DNA of 64,000 nt from Diadema antillarum. Its lineage: Eukaryota. Below the pieces are notes generated by a model. It was not told the origin of the DNA and searched no databases. It worked only from the letters and a program-made list of their open reading frames with translations. Each line of letters opens with the position of its first letter. The first letter of the stretch is position 1. The translations under genes and the position numbers were made by a program. The stretch is taken from NCBI RefSeq assembly GCF_040938485.1, contig NW_027270965.1, positions 744,001 to 808,000 on the forward strand, written 5' to 3'. Positions 1 to 13,769 of the stretch are shown here, in pieces.

Positions 1-495
1 TATCTGCACTAACACGACTGACACACTTGTAACACTGAACCTAATTCTTTACACTACCCCACTCCTGCCTGACATGCACCACCGCACACAAACCTTCCCC
101 CAATATCACATGATCACTCACATCCCGCCACAAGACAGCCACAAGACATCCAGGCAACGCAAACGTCTGCTTAGCAGGTAATTATATTATTTAGTTTATT
201 TATGATATATGTTTGATAATTTTTATTGTATGATATGTTTGTATGCTATATATACTCACTATACACTCATTTACAGTTATACATTGTTGAATGTGTTGCA
301 AAGTGCCAAAAAATATTGCCAAGTATGTCATGTAACTATTAACTCATGCTCAACTTATATTTAATATATTGTGTTTATGACTTCAGATTTGTTATGCTCA
401 AAAACATATATTTCGTTTCACAAACAGACATTAAAGCTGAGGAAGACCACGGTCGAAAGCTTCACAACTCTGCCGGTTTCATGCGACATCTTCTG

Positions 496-679
496 NNNNN
501 NNNNNNNNNNNNNNNNNNNNNNNNNNNNNNNNNNNNNNNNNNNNNNNNNNNNNNNNNNNNNNNNNNNNNNNNNNNNNNNNNNNNNNNNNNNNNNNNNNNN
601 NNNNNNNNNNNNNNNNNNNNNNNNNNNNNNNNNNNNNNNNNNNNNNNNNNNNNNNNNNNNNNNNNNNNNNNNNNNNNNA
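496..679. other. Assembly gap (run of N)
   Basis: Continuous N run; ORFs spanning it are artefacts. Confidence 0.99.
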
Positions 680-699
680 CTTATCCAGTTACTCAAACT

Positions 700-1560
700 C
701 TGTACACTTTCAGACTTTTGCACCATGCTGCACCATTCTGCATTTTATGTATGCTGACGATACTCAAATTGACATAATCCTACAACCAAATGCCCCAAGT
801 CGAACCACTCTGCAAACTCAGTAGTTGTGTTGATGATATTTAATAGGCAATGGTCTCGCAACAGTTATTCAAACTTGAATTGTGTCAAATCAAAATGTTA
901 ATACATATTATCGGTTCAGGCGAGGTAGTTCTCTCACAGAATTTTCTCTAAAAGATAGTACTATCCCAATCTCTCCGTCCGTCAGAGATCCCCGAGATAT
1001 TGTAGATAAGCAGTTGAACTGTCAATAACACATTAAGAATTCATGTCGTTTCGCTACTTGGGGTATGATTTGTAAAATTGGTAAAATCCGCAAGTTATTG
1101 GATCAGTCTTCCACTGAACGTCTAATTCACGCATTTGTTTCTTCTCATCTTGATTACTGCAATTCCCTTCTCGTTGGTCTCTCTGCTTCGAGTATTGCAC
1201 CACTTCAAAGAATTCAAAATGCAGCTGCTAGGCTTGTGACCCTTACCAAAAGTTCCGACAACATTACTCTAGTTTTCCAATCCCTCCACTGGTTCCGCTT
1301 TACATCAACGTTTCACCTTTAAACTCCTTATTATTGTTTACAAGATATGCAATAATCTTGCCCCATCTTATCTTACAGATTTGATTTCCTTCCGCATCTC
1401 CACTTCAACCCGTTCTCTCCGTTCTTCCTCCACTCTCCAATGTTATCATATAGTCCCCGCAACTGTACCCATTATGGTGATAGGGCTTTTTTCTGTTATT
1501 TCACCCATCTCTTTGGAATAAAATCCCTCTCTATATTCGTAATGTTGAAAGTGTTGATAA
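700..1560 (+). mobile_element. Degenerate L2-clade LINE, RT C-terminal region
   Basis: YADDTQI at 750-770. ORF 1065-1322 reads LIHAFVSSHLDYCNSLLVGL...LQRIQNAAARLV...LHW, typical of the L2 ORF2 C-terminus. Frameshifted and followed by a (GTT)n tract. Confidence 0.85.
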
Positions 1561-1810
1561 GTTTAAACCTTTGTCATGATTGTTATAAACAAATCTGTTT
1601 ACTATATCATAATTTTGTTAATGTTGTTGTTGTTGTTGTTGTTATATTATATGAACATAATGCTGTTACCTCAATATTTCTTTTCCCGGATTAATGCGCT
1701 TAGAAACATCAAGCGCTATATAAGTGTTATTCATAATCATTACCATAATCATTTTGTTTCCTAGCTCGGAATCTCCTTAATGAGTGGTGACTGGATTATC
1801 TTTGATTGTG

Positions 1811-1992
1811 CAGTGTACTCCCGTTAAAACGAACAGGGTTGTAATTTCGGTGAAAACGAAGTAAAAATGCAGGATGGGAAATTTCCATTCTTTGTTCTTT
1901 ATTGCTTATTTGTTCGGTTATAACGAAATTTTGAAACAAATGATTAAGAAAACTGCCGGTACCGAGGAATTCGTTATAACGGGAGTCCACTG
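1811..1992. mobile_element. MITE with Tc1/mariner-pogo-like TIRs, short copy
   Basis: Ends CAGTGTACTCCCGTTAAAACGAA ... TTCGTTATAACGGGAGTCCACTG; same TIR family as 36752-37294. Confidence 0.75.
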
Positions 1993-2691
1993 TATTATAT
2001 TACGTGTGAGGCTATTATCCTCATCACTTATGTGCTTCCGATAATGGTCTCCTGCATTTCTATTACTCTTAGATTTGTTTGATATTTGTTTTGAAAAGCA
2101 TGTAGGTGAACTCTTATTTTCATTTAGTGCGTAGAAGACACATGCTCGTAATTATTTTGTATCATTTTAGAAAAGGATTCATATATCGCATATAAGTATA
2201 TTCCCGTTAATTTTTTAATTACAAAGACGGAAGATTTTCATTAAGATCCTACATCAGCACCACAATGTCGTTATTGGAAAAACAGATTCAGTCATCAAGA
2301 CACAATGTAATTCCTATAAATCTTCTAAATCTGCAGTCGAAAAGAGTAAAGTTGCAAAATTTTAAAAAATTAAAAATCTGATATTTTAAATGTCTCCTGT
2401 CAAATTCACAGTTTATGTAATTTCAGATATGAAGCAAAATCGGATGAACAGAATAGTATAAGAGAAACTCTAGCCTGGAATAGAAACATTAGGAATTTTA
2501 AAGTTTTGAATGATTGCGTTGCAACCACTCTGCACTCGACTGCATATCCTCACAATATTCTACCAATGACCTGAACATGTTGAACTCTTCATCTAGTATC
2601 GTCTTATGTCATGGAATGAAAAATGATAATAATAACACGTATTCTTGTCATCAAATCACTTGAGTTCGGAAGTAAAATTGTGAAGTTCATC

Positions 2692-3114
2692 TAAAGGGGA
2701 AAGTGATTTGATTTGCTAACGATAACTCATAACCTAAAACCGTATGTCCAAAAAAAAAAAATACAACGGGACCCTCCGTAATGATAACTTTAAAAACAGT
2801 GAATCAATCCAAATACAACTTCAGGGTACGGAACTATTATAACTCATTTCCCACATCTTACAGACAACCCCATTTGCTTCAGTGGTCAAAGAGAAATGAG
2901 GAATTTTGTAGAGCATGTCAGGAATCTCTTCCTTCCAAGTCCTGTCTATTGTGTTCACACACAAGAGCATCGAAGTACTAAACTTGAAAGAATCAGACTC
3001 ATGACATACTTTACTACAATCCACATTTCTCTGTGACCGCTTAATAAAACTGAATCGGATTTTCTGCAAAATAGAGCTAAGGTGTTACAGTTTAAGACCC
3101 TGAAGTAGCCTTTA
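2692..3114 (+). mobile_element. Non-autonomous interspersed repeat (AAGG...CCTT ends, Kolobok-like)
   Basis: A second copy lies in reverse orientation at about 12860-13625, interrupted by an insertion. Confidence 0.6.
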
Positions 3115-5121
3115 GACAATTTAATCATATTGGGTGTTTTCAATGCGAAAATCTGATTGTATCTTTTTTTTTGGGGGGGGGGGGGAATACTATCCATTGA
3201 AACAAAGAAGTCACTCATACATAAAAATCAGAGCCGTTTTTAGCATATGCTGACAGCCTTGAAAGTTTTATTATTTCATGCATGCTAAATAGAAGAGAAA
3301 TCGCAGACAGTGCACACGATCATGATGATTTCATTTTGCTCGGAAAAGAAGTATACAATAATTGAAGTAAAACCAGGATGTCGAACCCTTCGATATTTCT
3401 AGCTTTTTTATTTCTATGCTTGGAAACTGCTTTCATCATTCAATACTACTTCAATAAGTCAAAGTTTGAATAACATGGATGAAAATTATCTCATCTCGTT
3501 TGTCAGAATTTGATAGGCCTGTATTCTTGTCTATGTTACTCAAACGATTTCGCCTTAATAAAAATACATCTGTACTACAAGCGATTTTTCATATCTTATT
3601 GAAGATGTTGTTATGTTGATGAAAGCATGTACACTTTCGTCAATTTTTTCTTGAATTCTTATAGCAAATGACGTCAGAGCAAGTGCCTGGATAGCTGTCA
3701 ATCTACTGCGTCGCCAGCTTAAGAAAGTTCACCCATTCTTCTGGATAGAATTAAATGGCATATAAGATATCCCAGTAGAACCAGAAAAAAAAAACGTGTA
3801 GAGTAACAACCCTCCATAAAATCCAACATTTTTTGTTCAAGCCCATTGTCTCCATGTGGTATAGTCATCGACTGGAAACCTGCAGAAAAACAAAGGAGAA
3901 ATGTGAATATTGTTTGTAAGGTCATGATTAAAATGTACCGCAGGGGAAAAGGACCTATTTTTTTCTCTCTCTGGCAAAATACCTCTCTCATAAATATTAT
4001 CACAGCGATTTTTAAGGAACTTCTACCGACTCCACAAAAGGACACCATTATCTTACCTAGATGGCGTTATGATGAAACGATATACATCACACGATGCAAT
4101 TGAAGTAATGTACAGCAATACATAAAGCTGGCTCCTGGCAGCCTGGATGCACTCAGTCGAAACTACCACACGACGGTCGCGCATGCACGAGAGTATAAAG
4201 ATATTGCTTTATATTGACATCCCCTCCGAGTTACATTTGCCCCGCTCGTAAGTTAATGGAGAGTTTGCTTGCAAAACAGGTTAAGCACCATTTCCATCAT
4301 CAGATAGAGCAAAATAAAACCTTTCCAGTGGGAGCTCGCCTGTTACATCACAAGGACTATTCTTGATGTTATGATTTAAATATATACCATTTGCTTTGTT
4401 TGTTAGAAGCTTAAATCTAAAATAACTCAATTGAAAATGATGGGAGTTAACTCGCTTTGATATCAGACTCTTCAAATATTGCCTCGAGGGAATAATACTA
4501 TTCCAATCGGATTCATATATGCTTTGTAACAAAAAAAAAATGACGGTGCATATGCAGTACAAATCTTGCATACACTTGCAGACACAACAATTGAGTAGGG
4601 CCTATGTCATTTATGACGTAAGGTATTTGTATAACACTCACCTGTGCTCACAATGTCAAAATGGCAAGTACATATACTCTACAATGTCTTCTTTCATCCC
4701 TTCTGCATGCTATATTATTTTGATAATTTACACGACCTGTCACAGCAAGAAAATATCCACACTCCTACCTCGTTATATAAAGGGGTTTTAGTAATCCCAA
4801 CCAACTGGTTTAATTTCTTGGGCAGATTTTTGTAGATGATGGTTCTGGCAATGTTTTTTTGCGGTGAGTCGTGTAAACCTGAAGCGTTGCTTGGAATCAG
4901 TATCAGATCTTCTTTTTTCTTAAAGCTCAGGGAGAGGGTAAATAACCCTCTGCAATGCTTACAAAAATCAACATACCAAGATTTTGTAATGATGCTCTTC
5001 TTCTCTCAATAGGCAAATTATATAGACCTAAACTTTTATACCGAAATTGAGGCTAATGTGTTACAAATTCAAATAGGACGAACAATACAGTGTATTGATG
5101 GAGTTAACTTACCGAATGCTA

Positions 5122-5681
5122 TCACACACAGTCGAACTGCACTTCCAGGTACTTGTAAGTACCTACGCAAGGGTCATCGAACACGCCGTTTGTGGCAGCC
5201 ACTGAGCAGGAGTTTCGCCCTTCGCAGCTGCTCTTCACTCGAGACAATGATGAGGCTGCTCTGCAGTTTTGCGTTCGGATGCTTGAGTGAGGACAGACGC
5301 TTGCTCCTGTAGTCCTACCGTACAGGGCGTCCCCGATGATGATCGTCTGTCCAGAGGGGCAGGACAGGCTGAGAGTGGAATGCTCGCACACACGCCTCTG
5401 CGTCCATGAGGCGCAGACGTACACGACCTCCAAATACTTGAAGGTACCACGGCAGGGGTCGCCGAAGACCGTGTTGGTTGCAGCAACACTGCACGATGAC
5501 TGCCGATCGCAGGCACTCGAGACCCTAGACAGGGAACTCCCGCTGTGGCAGTTGGTGGTTTGTATCGGTCCAGTCGTACACAAGCGGTTGCTACGACGAC
5601 CGTAACTTGCACTCATGGTGTAAACCTGTTCACCAGCGGGGCAGCTGAGAGACATAGTGCGATGCTCGCACACCACTTCAT
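5122..5681 (-). CDS. Tandem SUEL/rhamnose-binding (Gal_Lectin) lectin, last coding exon with both carbohydrate-recognition domains
   Basis: Two domains, each with the Cys pattern and YGR, DPC and KYL motifs. Acceptor tttcag at 5684-5682 (phase 1); stop TGA at 5124-5122. Confidence 0.92.
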
Positions 5682-8600
5682 CTGAAATGATATGATACAA
5701 CATGAGAGAGCGGTCTTCGACATTTATAAACGTCCACTAAACGTTTTTATTAGGTCCGCTACATCGACTTCGTCTTCAATGAACGTTTTAAAAAGTTATT
5801 ATTTGATTCGCTACGCCTTCGTCATTAGTTTCTTTATCATGAATGTTCATGCATATTTGTGAATATTCAAATAAAAACGTCTAAAATTTGAGAACCAGAA
5901 AAAATAAAAAATATTGAAATCTAAAGTATAATGGATTTGAACTTTCTATGTTAAAAATTGTGCCCACGTTATTTTTAAGTTATTCACTATTTCAAATTGT
6001 GTTACGAAGAGGTATGATTAACATATAAGTGGTTTAATTTTAGTAATCATGTCTTCATGCATTTCAACATTTTTGCCGTTATATAAAAGAATTTGATGTA
6101 GATTTATCAACTGGAAATAAGATATAGTAGGTATAGGCGGAAGGAGATTAGGAACAGGTAAGGATAGGATTAGGAATAGGGTACATAAATCCCAGATTGT
6201 GCCTGCATAATCTCATAACTATAATTTTTATTTAATGCCTCGTAAAAAAACGATTAGACGTTCTTAAAAGGTTTTCTGGACGTTTTAGACGGATATGAAA
6301 GGTTCTCTAGACGCTCTGGAAATGGTCAACGGACCTTTTTAGACGTTTTATAATGTTTTTGAACTTTCTAGAATGTTTTCAGAGGTTTTCTGGACTTCCA
6401 AAGAACGTCAACAGAATGTTTTGAATAATTCTTTAAAGCTTTTTTTTTTTTGACATCTACAACGTCCAAAAGGTTTTGCAAGTCCTTAAAATTCAGAAAG
6501 GCTTTTTATGTTTTCTTAACATTTAAGAAACGTTTTTATAAAGACGTTCTTAAAACTTTTGAAACCATTTGAATACGTCAAAAACCTTCCACAAAAAGTC
6601 ATTCTGAAAATGTTTTGACAAAACGTCCAAATAATGAATTTGAAAGTTTCAAGAACGTTCAGAAAACTTACAAAATAAATGTTTGCTGGGATCTACAATA
6701 TTCAAAACACAAGCTCTCTCTTGGTCAAAAGGTGGGTGTGGATGCTTGTCACTCATCTCAAGTACTCATCTCTCTTAGGATCGTTGAGAGACCCATGGTC
6801 GCGAGGAAAATATACCTGTTAAGCCAGTATACAATATGAAGATTCATACTCCGTTTTGTTATATATACTTTTTTAAGATTGTTTAGCTTGGAGGGTGAGT
6901 AAGAAAAACTACTTTCTTATTAAAGGGGAGGGCCAAAGCAAATGAGAGCAATGTTAATGACCGGTGTTGACTTTCTGATTTCGATGGTGTTGTCTTAATA
7001 CGTGATTAGACAATCACGTCTCAGTTAATACCAATATTCAATGAGGGTTATTTGCTTTCTTTTAGTCTCTTATCATGTATTAGGCTTACCTTATGTGTTG
7101 TTGTTTTTTTCAAATATTCCTCTACACTGATTTTTATTTGTGCGTTTGGTTGTTAATGTTTGTTTGGCATGATAAATGGATAGTTTGTCTTTTTTTTTGT
7201 TCAACCGTTGGAGAGAGCCTTGTAAGGGCTATTCCATCGGTATGGGTATAGGCTTTTAAAACGTTTCTGTATCGACACCAATTAAGGTATACATTAATTA
7301 TGAATCATGGATAATTAAACGACTGTCTAATTCCCAATATAGATAGATATAAATATAGGTTTTTCCGTTGCATGGCAAACTATTCAATGTTCGCAGCTGC
7401 AGGCCCTACCCATATTTCGTCTTTTGAACATAGAATATAACATCTTACAATTTGACCCAAACCAAAATGAAATTACTCAAACATAATTTTGTGGATGTAT
7501 ATAATGAAACAATTGTCATCTCTCATATAATTTCTGTCACTGTGTTGAAGTTTCAATCTATCATTCATGCTTTTATATACTATTGGACTATAAAAAAGAG
7601 GTATGAGCTTTTGTCTCCCCTCTGGGAAGAAATCGTGAGAGAAAGTTGTGTTGTGTTTTAAAGAAAGAAAAGAGAGGGGAATGGGACCCTATACAACAAA
7701 TAATTTGCCCTAGACAATATTACTGATATAAATAAAATAGAATAAATCTTGAAAGAGTATCAAACAAGAATAGTGGATATACCATAATGAAGTCCAAACG
7801 AGAGAGCTCATAAAGTCCCCGCAAGGGAGCTCATAAAGCCAAGTCTCAACGAGGGAGCTCATAATGGAAGTCTCCGCAGTACATAGATCTCATACAAAAT
7901 GACTCTACCATGTCTAGAAAGGAGTTTAATCAATACGCAACTATTAGTTATTATTAGAGTTATATTATTCGGTACCAAAAGAGAGAAAGAGAGATACAAA
8001 ATGTGAGAGATTTTTTTTTCCTGGTATATGTGTACTAGTATATCTTTTCAGGATATTCCTCATGGAAGAAGAAAATTCGAAATCCACGGCACATATTTAT
8101 ATAGTTGAACACACGCCCCACATTAAAGTTGAAGAGTTTTCCAACTTCATAATATTCTACGAATCATATATCACTTGTCTCATATGATTGGGTCAACACA
8201 TTCATAGTCAGAAAACGGTCACATCAAGAGAAAAAGCATAATCTGAATAAAGATATCAACTTTTTTCCTTATAGTGTGGTTAAAAGAGCATAGTACATCA
8301 CACATTAGCCAATCATACATTTGATTTTAACAAACGGGCACTCAGGAATGATGGAAATTTGTTTCTATTTTTGAAAGATTGTAAACGTATATAGGGTCTA
8401 TTATTATTATAAGAATATCGGGCCTCGACACGACTTTTTTTTTCTCTCTGGCAGCAGGAGTTTCGGGCCACTAAAATCTTCGAAAATTTCAAAAGTGATA
8501 TTTTGCCGACACAGAAATGAAAATGGAAGGAAAATAAAAGAAAATCTAATAGGCATCCTTATTTATCTTAAATCTTTATTGCCCAATCGGCAAACATCAA

Positions 8601-8789
8601 ATCATACATTTTTGGGAATGTCGGCACAATGATATATGATTTTCATTTGAAGATTTCTTTCAAATAGGGTGGGGTTTTTTCTTGGTCTCTCTTCTCTGCA
8701 TTTGGTCGTGCATGAAATATGCCAAAACTCACTTTGTCCCATTCGTGTGTTTTTTTTTTCTCCCTTACTTTATTGCTGAATGGGAGCTT

Positions 8790-9115
8790 AGGCCTCGTAT
8801 TCGGTGCATTTGGCCATATTCGTCCCGATTCGGATCGTCATTCGGCTGTATAATTCGGCTGTAATCGGGGCATTCGGGTCACAATTCTGGCCACTATTCG
8901 GGTTGGCATTCGGATTTATTCGGGATGCCCAAAATTGATTCGGTTCAATTCTTGGCGATTTTGCTCTGATTCGGGACCTTTTCGGAACCTATTCGTCTCT
9001 GATTCGGGGAGCTCCCGAATGAGAGACGAATGGGTTCCGAATCCACTGAATCCATCAAATTCAGGCCATATTCGGGCAGAATTGGTCTACATTTATTCGG
9101 AAGAATTCGGCCTTA
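8790..9115. repeat. Degenerate ATTCGG-motif repeat in lectin intron
   Basis: Many ATTCGG/TTCGG copies, possibly the body of a MITE. Confidence 0.55.
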
Positions 9116-9394
9116 GTGGCTTTATACATACAGCACCGCTACATCTGCATGCATCCAAACACACACGTGTACCCGAAACTTATCACACCACACGTGTAGG
9201 GGCGTTCCCTGCTCCCATGCATTCCTAACTTCGGAAATATGAACCTCATGATCATCATAATAATGATAAAATGATAATAAAAATAATGAAACTCACGCAT
9301 AGGCATGCACATTCACACGCACAATCCTGCACGCACACTCACACACTCAAATACACACACAGAAAGTTTGATTGAAGGGGGCAGACACCAGACG

Positions 9395-9548
9395 CAGTGG
9401 CGGATCCATTAATTCCGTAAAGGGGGTGCAAACAATATTTCTGGTGCTACTTCCGGTTTAATCTCATTTTTATCTTTTTATTTCTTTTGTTTTAACAACA
9501 AATAAAGAGGGAGGCGATCCCAGTGCGCCCCCTCTGGATCCGCCATTG
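9395..9548. mobile_element. Small hAT-like MITE with apparent 5-bp TSD
   Basis: TIRs CAGTGGCGGATCC / GGATCCGCCATTG; AGACG at 9390-9394 and 9549-9553. Confidence 0.7.
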
Positions 9549-9592
9549 AGACGTACAGACAGACAGAGGAACAAAGAAACATTAGCCTCCTT

Positions 9593-9684
9593 GGTCACAC
9601 TGGTAAAAGATTGAGATCTTGATAAAAAGATCGCGATCTTAAAAATGGCGATCTTTAAGATCGCGATCTATTGCCAGCGTGACC
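9593..9684. mobile_element. Mini inverted-repeat element
   Basis: GGTCACACTGG ... CCAGCGTGACC ends with internal GATCGCGATC palindromes. Confidence 0.5.
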
Positions 9685-9732
9685 GCAGCTTGTATTGTCT
9701 CTCTCTTGGCCAAAAAGGAAACTCTCACTTAC

Positions 9733-9811
9733 ATTGCAGCTCTGCGTTGGCACACACAGTGACGGTGGCTGCCACAAAGCAGATCAAGGAAATTCTTGCC
9801 AGACCGGACAT
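9733..9811 (-). CDS. Lectin signal-peptide exon (MSGLARISLICFVAATVTVCANAELQ)
   Basis: caacATG at 9811, hydrophobic signal-like peptide, and GTAAGT donor at 9732 in phase 1, matching the phase-1 acceptor at 5682. An upstream acceptor (ttctctcttgttccag, 9834-9832) implies a non-coding exon further upstream. Confidence 0.8.
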
Positions 9812-11414
9812 GTTGAGATGACGCTTTCACTCTGGAACAAGAGAGAACATTATTTTTGAAAATGCGTGAACACTACACCAAGGTGTTGTATAAGGCACTG
9901 TGACAGTGGGTTTCAGTATATCTTTTCCCCTTTTATGTAATACTTGTCTATCAATTCAGCGTGATATAATCTTATATCGACGAAATATATTGGACAGCGT
10001 TAACATGGCCAAGGCGCCGCAATGGATGCAAGGTCCGCTTCCCAGGCGCATTACATGTACTATTTACCATTGGGAGCAGTGATTTCAAAATGTTCAAAAT
10101 ATGCACATTTGGTGCATATTATATGTACAGGTTATGGTTGTATCACAAAACATCCCATCATAAAAAGAAACGCGATTTTAAGTCACAAAACTAAGGAGAT
10201 ATTACTCATTTTCTTACTAAACAATGCTGTAGACGGTTTAGTCTACAAACAATGAGATTTTGTTATAGCCATTGTTCACATTCGGTATATTATTTAACAA
10301 GACTTAACATTGACTATACTAATTCAAATTTTTACATTGGTTGTTTCTATTCCTAACACACATTTTGGAACTGTTTTAAAGCACTGAAGCTAGATTTTTG
10401 TTTCATCTGCAAATGGTAAATAATTCCTTCAAATGACTGCGTTTAAATGGAGACACTAGTCTTGCGCCTTGCAGACCATCAACATGCAGGGTTATTGGTC
10501 AACAAGAAGACGCACATCTTGCAAAGTAGGCGCAAGTCTATAACCAAAGAATATAGAAGCGCTCGCTTCTATACGCTTTGCTACCAAATCCTATAATGGG
10601 GAGTCGGTGGTTTGATGACGAGACCTCTTTTGAAGACTTGGTGCGGATACAACGTAATACAAATATTCTTTTTATATGTAGATTGCATATAAAAAGAATA
10701 ATACTTTATGAATCTTAGAGTAATTTGAAAAATTTGTGTGATGCATTGAATATACGCGCCAGAATGATGTTAATGCACTTTGACCAGTGCTTCCATGATA
10801 TTGATGATGAAATGGTAGCCATGCTTCATGCTTAGAATGAGACCCACATGTAAATACCCGCTAAATGAATGGAGCACCACGGTGTACAAAGTCATCAAAG
10901 AAAACACTGGAAAATGATACTTAGTATTCTGCACTTACCTATCCTTAAGCAATGTGCGCACGAACACAAACGTACACAAACAAACAATAGTATAATTAAA
11001 GATGGTCGAAATGTTATCTAAGAAAGAGTAAAATGAGAGGTCGAATGTCCAACTTTTCTCGCCTTTGTGGAATTAAATTGCATTTCCTTTTCTAAATGAT
11101 GCCACCCCATGCGCAGTATTTCTATCTCTTTCTGATGCAAAAACGCCTCCAGTCGGTTGTGAAAAAACAAAAACAAAAAATGTTTAACTGACTTATATAG
11201 AAAGATAACTTCCCGATCAGAGAAAAATGCTTCCCCAAACCAAAAAATAAAAAATAAAAGCAGCATAAAACAGAGGAAGAGAGAGAGAGAAAGAAAGAAA
11301 GAAAAAAAAAGAGGCGGAGAGACAGCATGATAAAACACGAATTTATTATGACTATTCATAGTCGGGCATGAAAATTTGTCACGCCATTATAATGAAATAA
11401 GTTCTTTAACTCAC

Positions 11415-11556
11415 CAATCTTTTTCACGGGTAGCAAATTAAGGAGAAGTCTCAATCGACACTCTTGCAGCTGTACTGATGAGAACAGTGAGTACAAGTTT
11501 CACTAGCAGCCTGAATTTATAATGTTGCAAGCGGTTGCAAACTTATGGGGTTTTCC
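11415..11556 (-). promoter_or_regulatory. Putative lectin core promoter and non-coding first exon
   Basis: Minus-strand TATAAAT starting at 11521; Inr-like tcactg about 30 nt downstream; ATG-free leader to a GTGAGT donor at 11414; GGGGTTTTCC (kappaB consensus) at 11547-11556. Confidence 0.55.
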
Positions 11557-12859
11557 GACTTTTCGTTTTAGGAGTGTTTACTTCGATATAGTTGATTTCG
11601 ATATTTTCACCCCTCTCGCGCCGTTTGGAGTGACCTTTGCACAATTGCTGGCGGTTTGCTTTCATCGGAATAAAGGATCATCATGGAAACATGATTCCCT
11701 GACGCGTTGAAGTAGTTTGTTTATTTATTTGCCTGTTTAGTTAATTATTTGTTTATATGTTTGTTTGTTTATTTGTTCGTGTTTTTAACAATTATTTTCG
11801 AGTGGGGGAAAGGGAGAGAGAAGAGATTGGGGATTGAAGAAAAGGGATCGTTATAACCTTGCGAAAAACTGATGCAGGCAGCAAAGTCGTTGAAAGAATT
11901 TTGCTCCTCCCTAGAAATGTAAAATATGCAACAAAGAAAAAAGAAACAAATAATCTGAAAAAAAAAACCAAGCCTGATACTCAAACTGTATAGATCTATT
12001 TTGTGACGGCATTAGCACGGAACACGTATAGATTGATATTGAATAAATTATGTATTATTTGCTTATTGTTATTTTTTTCGAGCAGTCTACATTGGACAAG
12101 CAGCTGCTTTACTTTGAAATAAATCGCTCTTGTATTTTTCCCAAATAAATTAACAAAATGCATATTTTGTATTGTGCATTAATTCTTGTTGATGGAAATA
12201 TGAAATGAATTGAATGGAATTGAAAAAAAAAATGTTCGAAAATAAATTTTGAGTGTGCAGACGTGATTATTGTAAACAACATAAACAAAAATAGAATAGA
12301 GAAAATATTCTTGCTGTTAATTATCAAGACATTGTCCTATTAATATTGTTTGGCCTTTGTCTTTCTCCTTTGTCTTTGTATTTTTTTTTTTACCGTGAGC
12401 GTCTTGTGCCTGTGCATGTGTTTTTATTCTTAATATATATATATTTTTTTCTATTGCAAGTTTGATTTATTGAATGTGTCACATTTCTACAAGCTTGTCT
12501 TTTTACGTGGGCATCTGATTTCTTTTCCAATAACAATTATTTTGAACAATAATATACAGTAGTTTCACATGTATATGTATATCATCCATTGTTGTAATAC
12601 ATTGTACTCCTTGAACTTGTATCAATAAAAATGACCTATCGGAAATAGAATTTCATTTGAATTGAATTGAATTTAATATAATTTAATGATCTTAGGTGTT
12701 TTCAAGAATGTTGTTTAGTGGTTAAAAATCATGCTTGCAAGATGGCAATGATAAGAGGGCTGAAAGTGGAAAACCTACAGTATGTCCCCCCCCCCCCAAA
12801 AAAAAAAAATACAATCAGATGTTCGCACTGATAACACCCAATATGATTAAACTGTTTAA

Positions 12860-13625
12860 GTGATACTTAAGAGTCTTAAAACATAACATCGTAGCTCTAT
12901 TGTGCAGAAAACCCCATTCATTTCGGTAAAGCTGTCACAGAGAAATGTGGATAGCTGTAAAGCATGTCATGAGTGTATCTTCCAAGTTTCGCACTTCGAT
13001 GCTCTTGTGTGTTAAAGGGGGTGGCTAGTAACTGATCAATGGGAATCAGTGGGAATGCTGGGGGATGATTGTTTCAATTCTTGTGGATTCATTTAAGAGT
13101 ACATTATATATCGATTGTTGTGTGAAAATTATTTGCTTCAGAGTGGTCTCATATTCAAGTAATGTGCAGTGTAATGCCCCGTCACTGTACAGGCATGCTA
13201 ACCTGGAAACATTAAACTGCACATTACTTGAATATGAGACCATTCTGAATCAAATAATTTTAACACAACAATAGCTATATAATGTACTCTTAAATGAATC
13301 CCACAATGATTGGAACAATAATCCCCCAGCATTCCAACTGATTCCCACTGATCAGTTACTAGTCATCCCCTTTAATATAATAGACAGGACTTGGAGGGAA
13401 GAGATTTCTGACATCCTCTACAAAACTCCTCATTTCTCTTTGACGACTGAAGCAAATTAAATTGAGTTTTCTATAAGATGTTGCCAATGAAAGATACTTT
13501 CATACCCTGAATTTGTATTTAGATTGATTCACTATTTTTAAAGATATCATTGCGGAGGGTCCCGTTGTATCTTTCTTTTTTGGGGGGGGGGGGGGGGTGG
13601 GGGACATACGGTTTAGTCGGCAGAT
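12860..13625 (-). mobile_element. Second copy of the 2692-3114 family, interrupted
   Basis: 12860-13011 and 13376-13625 are reverse complements of about 2960-3100 and 2735-2950. Confidence 0.7.
13016..13371. mobile_element. 356-bp fold-back MITE with TTAA TSD (Kolobok-like termini)
   Basis: TTAA at 13012-13015 and 13372-13375; ends AGGGGGTGGCTAGTAACTGATCA / TGATCAGTTACTAGTCATCCCCT; the whole element is an imperfect palindrome. Confidence 0.8.
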
Positions 13626-13769
13626 CAGTGCCAACCCTGATACGGTTAGCCTGGCATATGATGCTTTAGTTGACAAAGGTCTAGCATCGTTGTTATTATG
13701 ATTATTATTGGGTCTATCATTGTCATTTTTTACGTCATAACTGTTATCATACTGCAGCTATACTGCCCT

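Noticed and set aside
346-777. ORFs spanning the N run
   Set aside because: Open only because N codons are not stops.
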